Below are positions 25,208 through 37,817 of a stretch of DNA of 64,000 bases, piece after piece. The translations under genes and the position numbers were made by a program. This DNA is from Dudresnaya verticillata (taxonomy: Eukaryota), in the NCBI GenBank assembly GCA_977862235.1, contig OZ374565.1, positions 1,860,001 to 1,924,000 of the forward strand, in the 5' to 3' direction. Within the stretch, counting starts at the first letter, position 1. Each line of letters begins with the position of its first letter. Under the pieces are notes generated by a model. That model was not told the origin of the DNA. It searched no databases and saw only the letters and a program-made list of their open reading frames with translations.

Positions 25208-28200
25208 TTCGTTCTAATCACAGTACCGCGAACACAGACGCATGCATGAAAACACGCTGGGCACACGCATGCATTAGCAGGATTGTAGAGGGAGAGGGAC
25301 CTTTGCGCAGTAGAACAGGGGTAGCCACTAGATTTAGGTGGGGTTTGTGAAGGCTGATGTAACGACGACCTTCTTGTTTACGGAAACGATGTTCCCTGAC
25401 AACTTGTTTATTCATGAGCTTTATAATGCGTACATTAAAGTCATACAAAGGCCGGTAGTAGTGGCGAAGTGACCCGTTGTGGTGCAAGAATATGGATATT
25501 TTCAGCCATGGCCGTTGCGGATCTTTGCACGCTTTGCGAGTCGGAAAAATGTAAACGAATCCTGTCTTGTACAAAGCTGCTGGCTTGTTGGGGCAAGTTT
25601 AGACGGACGAAGAACTGCATGAAAATGGTTTGTGGGCTCATACGCTTACAGAGTGAGGTGTGGATTGAAGAGTGGAGAGATGGGAACAAAGGGATTATTG
25701 GAACGTGTGGCCACAGAACGGTTGAGCGGTTGCGATGTGCGTGTCGTTTCTCGTGTTCAATGGCGGCGGATTGAAACGCCTTTGGTGGCGGATCACCAAC
25801 AATTAGTGGCTGCGAATGAACTGCTATGACAAAATGACATATAACATTGTGTCACTACAGTGTCGGCTTCAGGTTGTTGAACGTAGATTCGGAGGGAGTG
25901 GTTCGTTGCTGGAAGCTGGAAGGCAACGGATAGAAGTAGTATAAATACTGTACTCTTTCTTTAGATAGAGGAAAGAGGTAAGCAATAACAAGAAGAAGAA
26001 GACAAAAGAACAGCAGTAAGGGTGAGAGTCCTTTTGCCCGCGTCGCATACCGTCGCAAACCGTGGCACCAGCGAACGGCCTGAGCACGCAATAGCTCCGC
26101 CGTACGCCGCTCGTCGTGTAGACGCTACAATTGTCCGACTACTCCGGCCATCTTCGGCCTGAAGTAACGGGATTGAGTATACCGAAGCGTTCTGAATACC
26201 CCGGACACACGTGTCCTGAAGCACCAGACGCCCTCGGCACTAATCAACTTGGTCTATTTCTTCCTGACCGCGCGGTACTCCGCAACAGTGCGTGAAGGTG
26301 ATGACGTGCGGTTGTTGGTGACGTGACTGTCTGGTGTGCGCATAAGATAAATACTGCAACGGGGGGCAACGCTTTCACATTCTGCCATACTATAAAGACA
26401 TGCTCCGCATCCCATCCCGAACTGCGAAGATAAGTCTTGTCAGGCTGGTTTAGTACTGAGATAAGGGATTGCTCTGGAATCGCCAGTGCCGAATGTTATT
26501 TTTTGTTTCCTTTTGCTCCTCCGTTGGAGAGAGAGAGAGAGCTCTTTAATGCACTAAATGGCTGGAACCAGCCGAACTACATTACTTAAAAGCACGGAAA
26601 CGCACGCTGAGCAAGCATGCGGAGATAACTCACAAACAAGACTATTCATTTGTATGCATTCCCTTCATTTCAGCGTCTTTTCCTTTTGTATGTTGCCGTT
26701 TTTCTATTGTTGAGCAGTCATGCTGTTCTCTCCTTTTTTGCGCTGCTGTTGAGCGCAATAATTGTGCCATCCAGGCTGACCAAGAGAAAGAGAAATGGTG
26801 ACTTTACTAAGGCATTAACCAGGGGACCAGAAAGGCTGGCCCTCACAATATCGCTACAAAGACTTTGCTGTGACCTTCCCTTGAGCGGACTTGCCTATTG
26901 CGAGGTTCTCGCCTGACACAGTACACGTACAGCCCCAAACATCTCAACCGTCATGCGAAAAAATCACAACGCCATGCAAACGGAATACTGCAATTTTATA
27001 GGAGGACTGCAAATCCGAAACGCCGCCGTCCATTTTGGTGGTCGGCATTTGGCAATGCCTAAAAAAACCGCGCGATGTTATTGGTTGCCGTTCCAACTTG
27101 TCGTTTCTTACAGCATTTTACAGTCGAATATCGAAGTGGACTGGTGGATCGAGCACCCGCCAAGCGCGTCAAGTAGAGACCAAGCTGTGAGCCGAGCCCA
27201 GTGGAGAGGTCGGACGCGTCGGACGCGTCGGATGCTCTGCTTCCCACCTCCCAGCACCCACCCGCTTTCCTCTCAACAACTCTCAGCAAGAAGCTGTCCC
27301 CTCTGTTATCTTCCAAGTGCAAGGTCTCAGAACTTCTGCATCTGAGAGAACGGGAAACTTACATACTCTGGTTTCAAAAGCTACTGCACCCGCACCTCCC
27401 CGCGCACTTTCTCCAATCGCCACAGCGGCTGCGACAACGTTGGCCACGCCAACCAACCCCCCTCGTAAGTTTTCCGGACCGTCCACTCCTTGTCCACGGC
27501 CGACCCCATTTCGCCCCGCCTTAAGACTTGCACTGATCCGCATCACAGGGTAACAAACTTCGCCGCTTTCAACAGCTGCTGAGGATCAGCAGGGCTGATC
27601 AAATCGCCTAGTCGAGCGCAACGGCTGGACCCTGACCTCTCTCACGGGCATGCTCGTGTGAATGCCTGGACCCGGTGCGAAACAGTGACAATTTTGCATT
27701 GCGTGGCGAGGCGCCGCAGAGCTGCGGCGCGGACGTTTTCGTCGCATCATTGCCGCGTGCAGTACTACAGCTTTCACAACCTCGCTCCGCGCTCTTTTGG
27801 CATAACTGGAGGTGTACCATTAACGCCACGCGTGTGATAAAAAACTGCAGGAGTTGTCCAATTGCCTTGCGCTGGATCTGTACTGGGAGAGAACCCAGAG
27901 CTGTTCGGCACGATCGTCGTTCATCGTGCATTTGCTGCCGAGACGCGGCCGAGTTCCTACCGGAAATTGTTTTCGTGCCTGCTAATCGCACTGAAGGCTG
28001 TCGCGACACGTGAGAGGACGAAACAGGCAGCCCTGGGATGAAGATTGTTGACAATGAAGCAAGAAAAAAAATGAAGGGTACGCACAATGTTCAATACCCC
28101 GCAGACGGTGCGAAAACTTTATTGAGAGAGGGGGCCTTTATGCCCACCAATGCTTGTTGTACTGAAGCGGATTTGGAAAGGCATGAGCCAGTTGTATTCT

Positions 28201-29154
28201 GAGCTCACGCTTGTTATCGCGTACTTGTTGCCGACTCGCAACGGTGTATTCCAAAACCCAGCTTTCCATGCATCCCGTGTGATTCAATCGCATTGCTTTA
28301 TCAAAGTCAGGTCGCGCACGCCATGCAGAACTCTCGTTGACTCGAGACGCAGATGCCGTGGTACCTACCACGGTAGGCCTGATGGGGTGTGAATATGTCG
28401 AGCAAAGTCATGAGCAGGTCCAAACGAATTCGATGCGAACTTTTGAGCTTCGCGCATCCTCGCGCAGCGAGTTCTGGTTACTTCGGGGAATCGGGGGTGT
28501 CGCCTGCGGCAAAAATCGGTCGCCTGTATCTGAGATGCTTAAAGATGCTTACTGTCGATTTATCAAGCCTTTCTGGTCACCCCCAGCCACCGTTGAGCTG
28601 ATCCATGCGAGTCTGCACTCCTCGCTTCGCCAGTTCAAGCTTCAGAACACAGAATCGATACTGTACTACAGCCTTGAAGACTTCCAGAACTTGGCGGTAG
28701 AGATGGTTAACAGCAGGTGCGCAGAGAACCGCGATACACTGGAAGGCATTAATTGCGTTAAGCATTACAGGCCAAATTATGATATTTGGGCGGGGTTGTT
28801 CTTGTTGAATGCGGTGGTCGCAATTCACGGCTTTCTATGAGACCTACTGTACCTCTTTCCGTGTTTACTGCATAGAACATCGGGGGCCCCGACACGGTTG
28901 CGCAGTTCTGTATGCACTCATCGAGGAAATGAGCACACTGTATCAAGGACGCAATTATCAAGTATTCACAGCACTTCGTAAAGTGAGTTCTTACCTCCCT
29001 ATTCAATAGATGCTTACGAAAAGGATAGCCACCCCTATTCAATAGAAATACAGGAAAATAATATAATTAATATAATACAAGCCAAGAGTCAAGCGCTGCT
29101 CTTGCTTTCCCCAACTTCAAGCTTCGAATAACCCTCGTTGACCCTTCTCTGTCG

Positions 29155-30225
29155 ATGCTCTCGTTCCCACGGAAACATCCAGCGCATCTGTCAAGCATGA
29201 AGCCACGCTCCAATGACGCCGTGAAGGTAATCGGCGGCGCTGCCGCCCTCATTTTCCTCCTTAGCGCGTTGCATGGGGCCAACCTCTCCGTGTTCAATGC
29301 GAACAAACCAGGTGCAGACACTGGACTCACACAGTCCTTACCCACCAACTCCACAGCCGAGCTCGGCAACTCCCCTCCAAAAGGGACAACCGACGATAGC
29401 AGGCAATCTACGGAGGGCATCATGAAATCGTCTTCTGCCTCTCACAAGCTCTCTCCGACCGCACGCGTGCACTGTGTGATCTACGATCGGCCCCCTCGTA
29501 CAGGCTCATCCACGACGTCTGTGGCTCTGCGCGAGTGCTTGGTGGATAAGCACGGGTTTGCGGAGCCGAAGTATAGCTTTGGACATGAGGCGAACGCTCA
29601 GGTGGGCAAGTTGTTCACGCAGGTGAAGGGGGGCCGGCGGGCTCTGTTGTCGAAGCATTTGCGGATCACTGCGGAGGACGCGCGGTTGATCCGAAAAAAC
29701 TGCCGAACTGCGTTGTTCTTAACGAACTGTCGGCCTATGGCGGAGCGCATTTGGTCCAAGGTAAAGTTTAAGCAGTCGCTGGCAGGGAGCGAGCTGAGTG
29801 AGATTAATTGGATCAACTCGACGTTGAACGAGAGTCAGTTGCGGGCAGCGTTGAATGCCATTGACGCTGGAGAGCAGGGGTACGAGAAGCAAATGGAAAT
29901 GCACCCTTACATCAATGTGCGCCACAAGGCTGCGGAAATTTCGGACGAGGAGCGGTTTGTGCCCGACTATGTGCTGAGGAATGCGGGTGGACTATTCAAT
30001 GAGGACTTGGGGAATTTGCTTAAAGCCTTGGGATGTGAGGCGAACTTTACGACTTCAAATATACATGCCTCCAACATTGATGACTCGGATATTGTTCAAA
30101 GGATCGAGGGGATGTTGATGAAAGGTGATGCAAAGTATAAGGAGTTGAGGAAACTGGGGGATGAAGGGAATGCGGAAGGGTTGCGGAAGGCAACTGCTTT
30201 CTTGGAGAATTCGCGAACATCGTGA
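29155..30225 (+). CDS. Type II membrane sulfotransferase-like protein (PAPS-dependent, Golgi-type)
   Basis: Intact 356-aa ORF; N-terminal TM (VIGGAAALIFLLSAL), Ser/Thr-rich stem, 5'-PSB-like YDRPPRTGSST and 3'-PB-like R-x7-S (RPMAERIWS). Confidence 0.72.
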   Translation: MLSFPRKHPAHLSSMKPRSNDAVKVIGGAAALIFLLSALHGANLSVFNANKPGADTGLTQSLPTNSTAELGNSPPKGTTDDSRQSTEGIMKSSSASHKLSPTARVHCVIYDRPPRTGSSTTSVALRECLVDKHGFAEPKYSFGHEANAQVGKLFTQVKGGRRALLSKHLRITAEDARLIRKNCRTALFLTNCRPMAERIWSKVKFKQSLAGSELSEINWINSTLNESQLRAALNAIDAGEQGYEKQMEMHPYINVRHKAAEISDEERFVPDYVLRNAGGLFNEDLGNLLKALGCEANFTTSNIHASNIDDSDIVQRIEGMLMKGDAKYKELRKLGDEGNAEGLRKATAFLENSRTS

Positions 30226-31570
30226 TAGTTGGTGGACTTGGCGAACGAGCAACGTTTTGTGATGTTGCATTGTTTACTGTTGTTTAAGGTGGTCCTGCGC
30301 GGGCGACCATAGCCCATTTGCAGGCGCACCGTGTGATTACTTCGAAAGGTGGGAAGGAGGGATCTTAGACTACAATGGTGTTTGTGGGTATTCGGAAGCG
30401 CAAAGCAAGCGGATTTGTTGTAATGCGTCGATGATGGCGCGAAGGGTGGGGGGCGAGAGGTCGGGGGAGCCAAGGGTCCGTAGTGCGGGGGTGTGCATGC
30501 GGAGGCTTTCGCGGGTCGTTGGGCATCGCGGCGGGATCGGGAAGGTTCCTAGATGCCATTGTATTGCCAGTTTCCTATCACGGGGGTCCGGTTTTGTAGT
30601 ACTCTAGGAAAGTCGGGCTATGCCGTTGCGACATTCTAGGAAGATGTGGGAAGGGGACCAACCAGGAAGGTGTGTTTGTTAAGTGATCAGACGTTGCGAA
30701 GAAGTCTTCTTCCGGGAGTTGGAGACTTAAGCTGGGCCCTATCGCATATCATACTGTGAGGGCGTCACAGAGAGTATCCCTCCTCTCCGGCTCGTAAGCC
30801 GCGTTGTCTGTGTAGTTACGTTCATGATACCATCTTTGCGCTCAAAGCACAAGCTTTGGACGTATCAGTTGTGAATCCCCACTCTTTACGTAATAAGACC
30901 TGCCGCGTTGCCGGTCCAGGCACTGTCGCAAGAGACACGTACCTCCTACCGTGCTCTTTGCGAGTCGCAAATTGCTACCTCTACGATATCAAGCATCATC
31001 CCTTGGCAATGGATATCCATAGGTGTGTGGGCATTGGGTTCGACAGTGGCACTCAGCTCTTCGCAAACTTCCTTGCTGAGGAGAGAGGAGCATGCCCGCA
31101 GAAGCTGTTGGGGATGAAACTTTACTCAGAAAGTGAGCGGAAGCTATTGGTAAGATCCGAGCCACCATTTACTAGCCAACTTAGAACTTGTTGGTTTTTT
31201 ACAACAATAGAATGTAAGATACGTAAAAGCAGAGCACTGGTGGGCTTTGCCCAATGGCCCGTGGGGCCGAAGCGACCACACCGCCAACACGTAGAGAATA
31301 GAATATATAAGAACATGTCTTCTTGCCGAGAAACAGGCCAGCAGCACTCCTCTCCTCTCCTCTATGCATAAAGGTCATCTCTCTATTCATTAATCTGTTG
31401 CAGTTAGTGTCAGGCGACGCCTCACGGCCGTCTCCCATATTCGTAGAGCCCCTCTGAACAGTGCCGATAAAGGTCCCCATTCTCTCCCATAGTAGCTTGC
31501 ATCATACACTTCCCCCGTCTCTCCCATGTTCTTAAGGATGCCTCGATACTGCCTTGGTAAAGTGATGATT

Positions 31571-31599
31571 CCCCCCCCCCCCCCCCCCCCCCCCCCCCC
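31571..31599. repeat. Poly-C tract (29 nt)
   Basis: Direct read. Confidence 0.95.
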
Positions 31600-32239
31600 A
31601 TGTTCTGGGTTTTTTTTGTTGCACCTTCAAGACACTACTATTATCCGTAAAGTGAAGTTCCCCCCATGTCTGCAGCCTTACCATAAGGTCCCCATGTTCT
31701 GGAGCCTGTTTTTGAGTGTCTAAAAGGGAAGCTCCCGGAAAATAGCTCAACAAAGTGATGACCTCCGTTACAAACACGCCCGCTGCGAGCGCCAACGCTA
31801 CAGGACGTTGCGACAAATTATTTCAAAGCATTAGAATTTTCTATAAACTCTTGCGACTTCACCTAAGAAGTCGCCCTCGCAGGACCACCTTAAACAAGCA
31901 GTAAAAGTTGATCATCACTAACAACCCCCTATAGTTACAGTAACTCGCGGTAGTTCAGTGACCGATAAATTTGTCATCGCGGTATTTGAATATAGACACG
32001 TTTCCCGACATCCCGACTGCCCACTTGCACAATTGCACCTCCGTTCGCAAACATGCCGAACGTCCCTCTTACGCAATGAACCGTTTGCAGCGCCATCTGC
32101 TCCTTTCCGCTGCGCGCGATGCGCATCAAACCACATTCGGAGGATAAGGGCACCCCCCCTCATCGCATTCTGTAAGTAAATGTGCTCTCATTCTGCAATG
32201 TGCTTTGTCATTCACCTTCTATATATGGACTTCGTAAAG

Positions 32240-32270
<31 letters not shown>

Positions 32271-32926
32271 GATATATGGATACTCGGGCTATCTAAATAG
32301 CAAGAATGACAGTCGACCTTGCCTTATTCATTTATCCCGACCTCTTACATAAAGACAATGAGACCACAGGGGTTTAGGGGTTTTAGGGGTTTGTATAATA
32401 TATATATATATATAATAGCGCTCTGGGTTGTTTTATACATATGGTTGTGGTCTCATTGTAATTATCTGCGGGTCACAGCCTCAAATGTCGTCTAAAGTAC
32501 GGAAGGACTACAGTACTTCATGTGGAGCATTGTGCTACCTTACTGTTGAGGTGGATGAAATCTATCATATTTCTTGCGGGGTGGCATGCTTCGACTCCGG
32601 AAAGGAACAATGGGCGATCCTGGACTTTTGGACGTCCACCATAATCGTAGACTAGTGTGTTTTGTAACCTACAGTACACCAACTCGGGGCTGCCCTATAC
32701 TTAGTAGGCAGTAAAACGCCCGCGTTGGAGATGACCTAAAATGTCACCCAGAGCTTTTGTGTGTTATGCCACTCTCATGCCTCATTGCGTCCATCCTGTT
32801 CCTGTTCCTGTCTTACCGTATTATGCGCAACGCGAACGCCACTGCCACCCTTCATCCAGTGCCTACGCCACTCTTTTGCGACGGTTATTAAAACTAACAA
32901 CGTCAGCGCGCGGATCACATTTCGAG

Positions 32927-34483
32927 CTATTCACGAAGAGAATTCCTTCCACCGTTATATACACCTCTGCATATCATATGCAGCATATGGAGGCCGTGGC
33001 CGCACAATGCAAACCAAACATTTGCCAAGTTCTGCATCCTTCTCTTTGAACTTACTGAAACCAGAACCACAGCACTTGCACTAGCCGCAAAGACAATCCC
33101 CATTGCAATTTCCGTGTTTGCTACCACCAAGTTCGGCATTTTCTGCACACTTCCAGCTATCCTATTGCCAATTCTAGAACGCACTTCTTCATGCACACGA
33201 CCCTCACTGTTCGTCAAAGACGTTCCAATATTGGTCTCAGCGTTTTCTCTAACCCATTCGTCCTTGTTTCTCGCCTCAACAGGCGTCCTCGCTCCCTCAA
33301 CCTCACCCGAAAGAGCTCCCAGGTCCAGTCTCCTCTCCATTCGTTCCATAGCCACCTCTATAGCCGTCATCAGCTGCGTCTCATCCGTATATCGCGGTCC
33401 CTGCGTGTCCTCTGCATCAACATAATGGCACCCCACATACTGCAATCCAAAATTGAGCAGCGGCGCATGCCAAGACGTCCACTTACCATCCGTAAACTCT
33501 TTCCGACCCCGGCAAAACTTCCAAACCTCGATAATTTCCGACCCCGGCCGCATGAATATCGTGTTCACCATCGCCGCACCATGCGGCGCAATCACCAAAT
33601 CAGGCCAAGCGTAAAGCTCGATCTGACCCTGCACGCTGGGAGGCGTCTTGGGCACAAACCGCACATCAATACGTTTGTCCCTCTTCAACAGCTCATACAG
33701 CTTCTCCGGCTCCGCCCATTGCCTACGAGACGTGTCACTACGGTCGTATAATAATACACGTACAGGGCCTGCATTGCCGCCAGCTCGCCCAAGATTCAAC
33801 CCGAAGTGCTGCGCCATGCTATTCCTTACAAACATGAACGCCTCGGCCTTCTGCTCATCCGGAAGCATCGGCTCCAGCTCCGATCCGTCGCCGACATCTT
33901 TGCAGGCGCGGTCTTTCTCCGGGTCGACGCAACCACGTCCGAACCAGGAGAGGTAGCGAAAGTAGCAACTCTTTGCCTTTCGTTCGTACCCTTCAGGCGG
34001 TGTGACGCCAAGGTCGTAGTCGGGAGGGACAGAAGCCCCAATGTAAATGTCCATATCAACGCAACCCTCCACTGCAATGTCGCTCCCAATTACGTTTGCG
34101 CCGAGCTGCTCAGCCATTGCGCCGACGGCGACCATCGCCCAGCACTTTGCGCCTTCATTCGCTCGTTCTGGAAGATCCTCCTGCGGTGTTTTGCAGAAGG
34201 TGAAGTTGGACATCGGCTCCTTGGTTCGCAGGGTGAGCTTGTGGTCGTCGGTTCCCAGGCAGTGTATGACGTAGTGAGACAAAGCCCATAGAGTGTCGTG
34301 GAGGCCGTGATATGGGTTGCCGTGCTTGAACTTTTGGATTCTGACAAGGATTCGCTTTGTACCGTCCGTCCGCTCACATTTCTTAGTGGTAATTCTAAGA
34401 CGTGGGTCATGGTTGCAGAAATCGGTCGCTTTTGCGGCCTTAGTGGCGATAAGGAGAAGTAGGCAGAGTTGATGAAGATGCAT
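32927..34483 (-). CDS. Glycosyltransferase family 61 (DUF563) protein
   Basis: Intact 518-aa ORF; signal peptide; GT61 signature QIELYAWPDLVIAPHGAAMVNTIFMRPGSEIIEV; NPYH; hydrophobic segment near the C-terminus. Confidence 0.88.
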   Translation of the reverse strand: MHLHQLCLLLLIATKAAKATDFCNHDPRLRITTKKCERTDGTKRILVRIQKFKHGNPYHGLHDTLWALSHYVIHCLGTDDHKLTLRTKEPMSNFTFCKTPQEDLPERANEGAKCWAMVAVGAMAEQLGANVIGSDIAVEGCVDMDIYIGASVPPDYDLGVTPPEGYERKAKSCYFRYLSWFGRGCVDPEKDRACKDVGDGSELEPMLPDEQKAEAFMFVRNSMAQHFGLNLGRAGGNAGPVRVLLYDRSDTSRRQWAEPEKLYELLKRDKRIDVRFVPKTPPSVQGQIELYAWPDLVIAPHGAAMVNTIFMRPGSEIIEVWKFCRGRKEFTDGKWTSWHAPLLNFGLQYVGCHYVDAEDTQGPRYTDETQLMTAIEVAMERMERRLDLGALSGEVEGARTPVEARNKDEWVRENAETNIGTSLTNSEGRVHEEVRSRIGNRIAGSVQKMPNLVVANTEIAMGIVFAASASAVVLVSVSSKRRMQNLANVWFALCGHGLHMLHMICRGVYNGGRNSLRE

Positions 34484-35407
34484 CTTGTCAGATGCCGAAG
34501 TGAGTCTTGTGCGGCTTCACCCAGTTTGCGTTTCGGGACGGAGATTTTGAAAGTACTTGTAATTGTGCCTTGACTCTAACGGGGAGGTTGATCAGCATGT
34601 GAACCTCCGGGCTATTTTCTCAAGGGCTATCTGAAATCTTTTGGATGCTTTTGGTGAGTCATGCAGTCAGCACCAAGTGGGACAGGTTATTAGTGCTGGT
34701 GCAGCAACAGCCGTTCGTTCCTTACATTTCGATTACTGGAGGGCGAAGTCCGGAGTTCAGGATGTCGGAGTGCATGTGAGAAGGGCATGAAATTGAGTAT
34801 ATTAAGAGCATCTCCATCGGCGGTTACACTTGGGTCACGGAAATGAATCCGCTAAAGACGTATCAGTCTATAGAAATAGAATAGCGTAGATGTATAGAAC
34901 GCATCCCCGCTGGAAGTTGGAATGACATCCACTCTGGTGACGTCATTTTCGGTGACAACGCTGAAGTAACTTTTCAACTTTCGGTAAGTACTCTAACACT
35001 CTAGAAACATGGCCTCCCCTTTAACAACACTTGTAGGGCTTTGACTCATTCCCGACTGTCTTCTTCTGTGGTTTGTGGTTCACCGGGAACACTATAACCA
35101 GAGAAGGATAAAAGCGTGGTACCTTTCTGAGTAGGGTTGAAATAACTATTTGCAACGCTCTTTGAGACAAACGTCCCGAGACCAGGCCGAGCTTTACTGT
35201 AGTCGATGGTCCGATGCCCCTCTTTCTTATTTTCGAGGAGACTCTCGGCCTTTTATAGTCTAATTTGTACACATAGAACAACACAGAAGTCTCTACAAAG
35301 ACAACTGGAACCCTCCAGCTCTAGAAACTGTCACTTCATACATGTGACTTACAAACGTTTCTAGATTTGTCGGAATAAAATTGCACACGTCACTGACATT
35401 TGTTTCA

Positions 35408-36949
35408 CTCTTTACCCCTGGAACCCCACATCAAGAAGTGGAGATTACATCACAGATTGGGTCTAAAATCGCACAGGACGACCCCATCCATGTTCAAAAG
35501 TTACTAGATGGGTTCACCAGTGCTCGAAGCTCGAACTTCTTTTTAGTCCTCATAGAAGGGGTGGCAGCAAAATAGGGCATAGTATTTCGAAATGTGACAT
35601 AATCGTAGTATTACGACTCTTTAACATATAATAGTACTGTAATTCTTAATAAACTATGACTTCAGGACCTATTCATTATTTACATCGTTTAGGGAAACTA
35701 CAGTGGACGGGTCCTGAAAACACAGTTTCGCTTTTGCGTTAACACATTTATCCTTTTAGGCATGCTCATTTGTTACTTAGGCACGCCTCTGTATCGATAT
35801 ATCCCGCACAAATGGCGCTGGCAGTTGACGAGCGCCATCGATCGAAGTTGATTTATGTCAAAGCATAAATCCGCAATATTACATTCTGTGCGCTGTACAG
35901 AGAAATCGGGGCAAATGTTGTGCCCTCAGTCCACAACCTACCCGCTCCACGATTCGTCTGAGCGCGCGCCAGCGTCGACTCGAATCCGATGCGCTCGTCT
36001 CATCGGATTCGGGAAGGCTCGTTCAGAGGGTGGCCCGACGCATCGTGCCGGAGGACACAACAACGATATGCGCGAAGCGCTGAGTCGAGAGCTCTATCGT
36101 AAATGTGTGTCATAGAGATTTCCGTGACCAATCCTCTGAAGACGCAAACTATTACTAGTCTTTAACATATAATAGTACTTTAGTAAACTATGTTTTCAGG
36201 ACCCGTCCAGTGGAAGAACACTCTCGTCTACACATTCATTAATGAAACGGGAGAACTGGTTTAATAACCAAGATTTCCCACAACCTCGTACCTAAATAAT
36301 TAAAAGGACCTTGACTTTGCTCTTCATCCCGCAACGCCCTCGGCTCTGTCAAGAACACTTTTATCCCTTTCCCTGCACTCACCTGAGTTGCGACCGTCTC
36401 AGACACTCAATCAGCCAAGTTTAGAAATCTTTATGCGCACCAGACCGGGTCAGTTAGCACCTGGGTATTATGTAACTTGTTGCTCGAAACACATTAAAGT
36501 GATGTTTCCCCACCTTTAAAATACGTATACCGGCAGGCGATTTTGCGCAGGATTGTAAACATTTTCTTTGGTTTACCCCGATTTATGTTTGCTGCGGCTT
36601 GAAAGCAATGCACACGTACTAAACACGTACTGTGCAGATGGCTACAGTGCACTATAATTGACTAAAAAAAGGCCTTTAGGCTGCAAAAGTGGAGGCATCG
36701 ACCGGCTGTCTGTCTCCTGAAGGAGTACTGCGACCCGGTAAATGCAAGCTTGCCTTAAAAGCTAAGGGAGTGTGGTTTTTCTACTGCTGTAGGAGGTTTG
36801 ATCCAATTTCAACTCGCGGCGGTCTCAAAACATTACACCGTTACACCCCATCATAACTTGTGAACATGGATGGGGTCGTCCTGTGCGATTTTAGAGCCAA
36901 TCTGTGATGTAATCTCCACTTCTTGATGTGGGGTTCCAGGGGTAAAGAG
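35408..36949. mobile_element. Non-autonomous long-TIR element
   Basis: About 89-bp inverted repeat (35408-35496 vs 36861-36949, 1 mismatch seen); no clear TSD. Confidence 0.7.
35701..36212. mobile_element. MITE with 22-bp TIR
   Basis: cagtggacgggtcctgaaaaca ... tgttttcaggacccgtccagtg; internal sequence repeated at about 37060-37525. Confidence 0.8.
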
Positions 36950-37059
36950 CTTCGCAATGAGAGAACGGCGACAACAGTTAATAACAGCTAACGCATGATG
37001 CAGTAGTGGACGAGTGGCTTAATTCTACTTACTGGACTGGGGAAACTCTGGACTGGTAA

Positions 37060-37525
37060 CACAAATGCGCTTTTGTGTTAACACATTTATCCTTTTAAGC
37101 ATGCTCGTTTGTTACTGCGCCGCTGTATCGATATATCCCTCACGAATGGCGCGGGCGGTTGACGAGCGCCATCGATCGAAGTTGAGAAATGCCAAAGCAT
37201 AAATCCGAAATAGTTCGTTCTGAGCGCTGTGCAGAGAAATCGGGGCAGATGTGGTGCCCTCAGTCCACAACCTACCCGCTCCACGATTCGTCTGAGCGTG
37301 CCCAGCGTCGACTCGAATCCGATTCGCTCCTCGTTCAGAGGGTGGCCGGACGCATCGTGCCCGAGGACAGAACAACGATATGTGCAAAGCGCTGTGTCGA
37401 GAGCTCTGTCGTAAATTATGTAGTTGGGATTTCCGCACCCACATCCATTTAGTCGAACACCTTTAAAAATCTGATCGACACTAAAAGGCGCCGGAGCAAA
37501 ATATGCTTTCAGGACCTGTCCAGTG
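37060..37525. mobile_element. Second, diverged copy of the same MITE
   Basis: Long homology to 35729-36120; right end tttcaggacctgtccagtg; left end eroded. Confidence 0.75.
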
Positions 37526-37817
37526 GATTTGATGGAGCACTAGAGCCAATTGTCTTTAAAGGCTTAAGCGGCCAACGCTTAAGTTTTGTCTCGAGTGCAA
37601 ACACAGAGGGCGGTTCATAATCGAACGCAAATCTCATGGTCTGATGTTATGTTTTGAAGAAGAGGGTATGAGACGCAGTGTGCGGTTGACTTCATGCGAA
37701 CGAACAGAAACAGGCAGTAAGAAGTTCCGTACTGAGTTCTCACAGAGGCACCTGCCATTCCACACACGGTGTGTGTGTGTGTGTGTGTGACACACCTGAT
37801 AAGCAGCCATTTGCTCT

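Noticed and set aside
25850..26320. LTR-like composition suggesting another solo LTR
   Set aside because: No clean TG..CA pair or TSD.
27100..29010. Possible decayed genes (ORFs 27317, 27675, 28337)
   Set aside because: Interrupted and without recognisable domains.
34802..34816. taa-gagcatctcca, a PIF/Harbinger (Tourist)-like TIR start
   Set aside because: No matching right TIR found downstream.
26527..37789. (GA)n, (CT)n, (TA)n and (GT)n microsatellites near 26527, 32240, 32398 and 37769
   Set aside because: Ordinary simple repeats.
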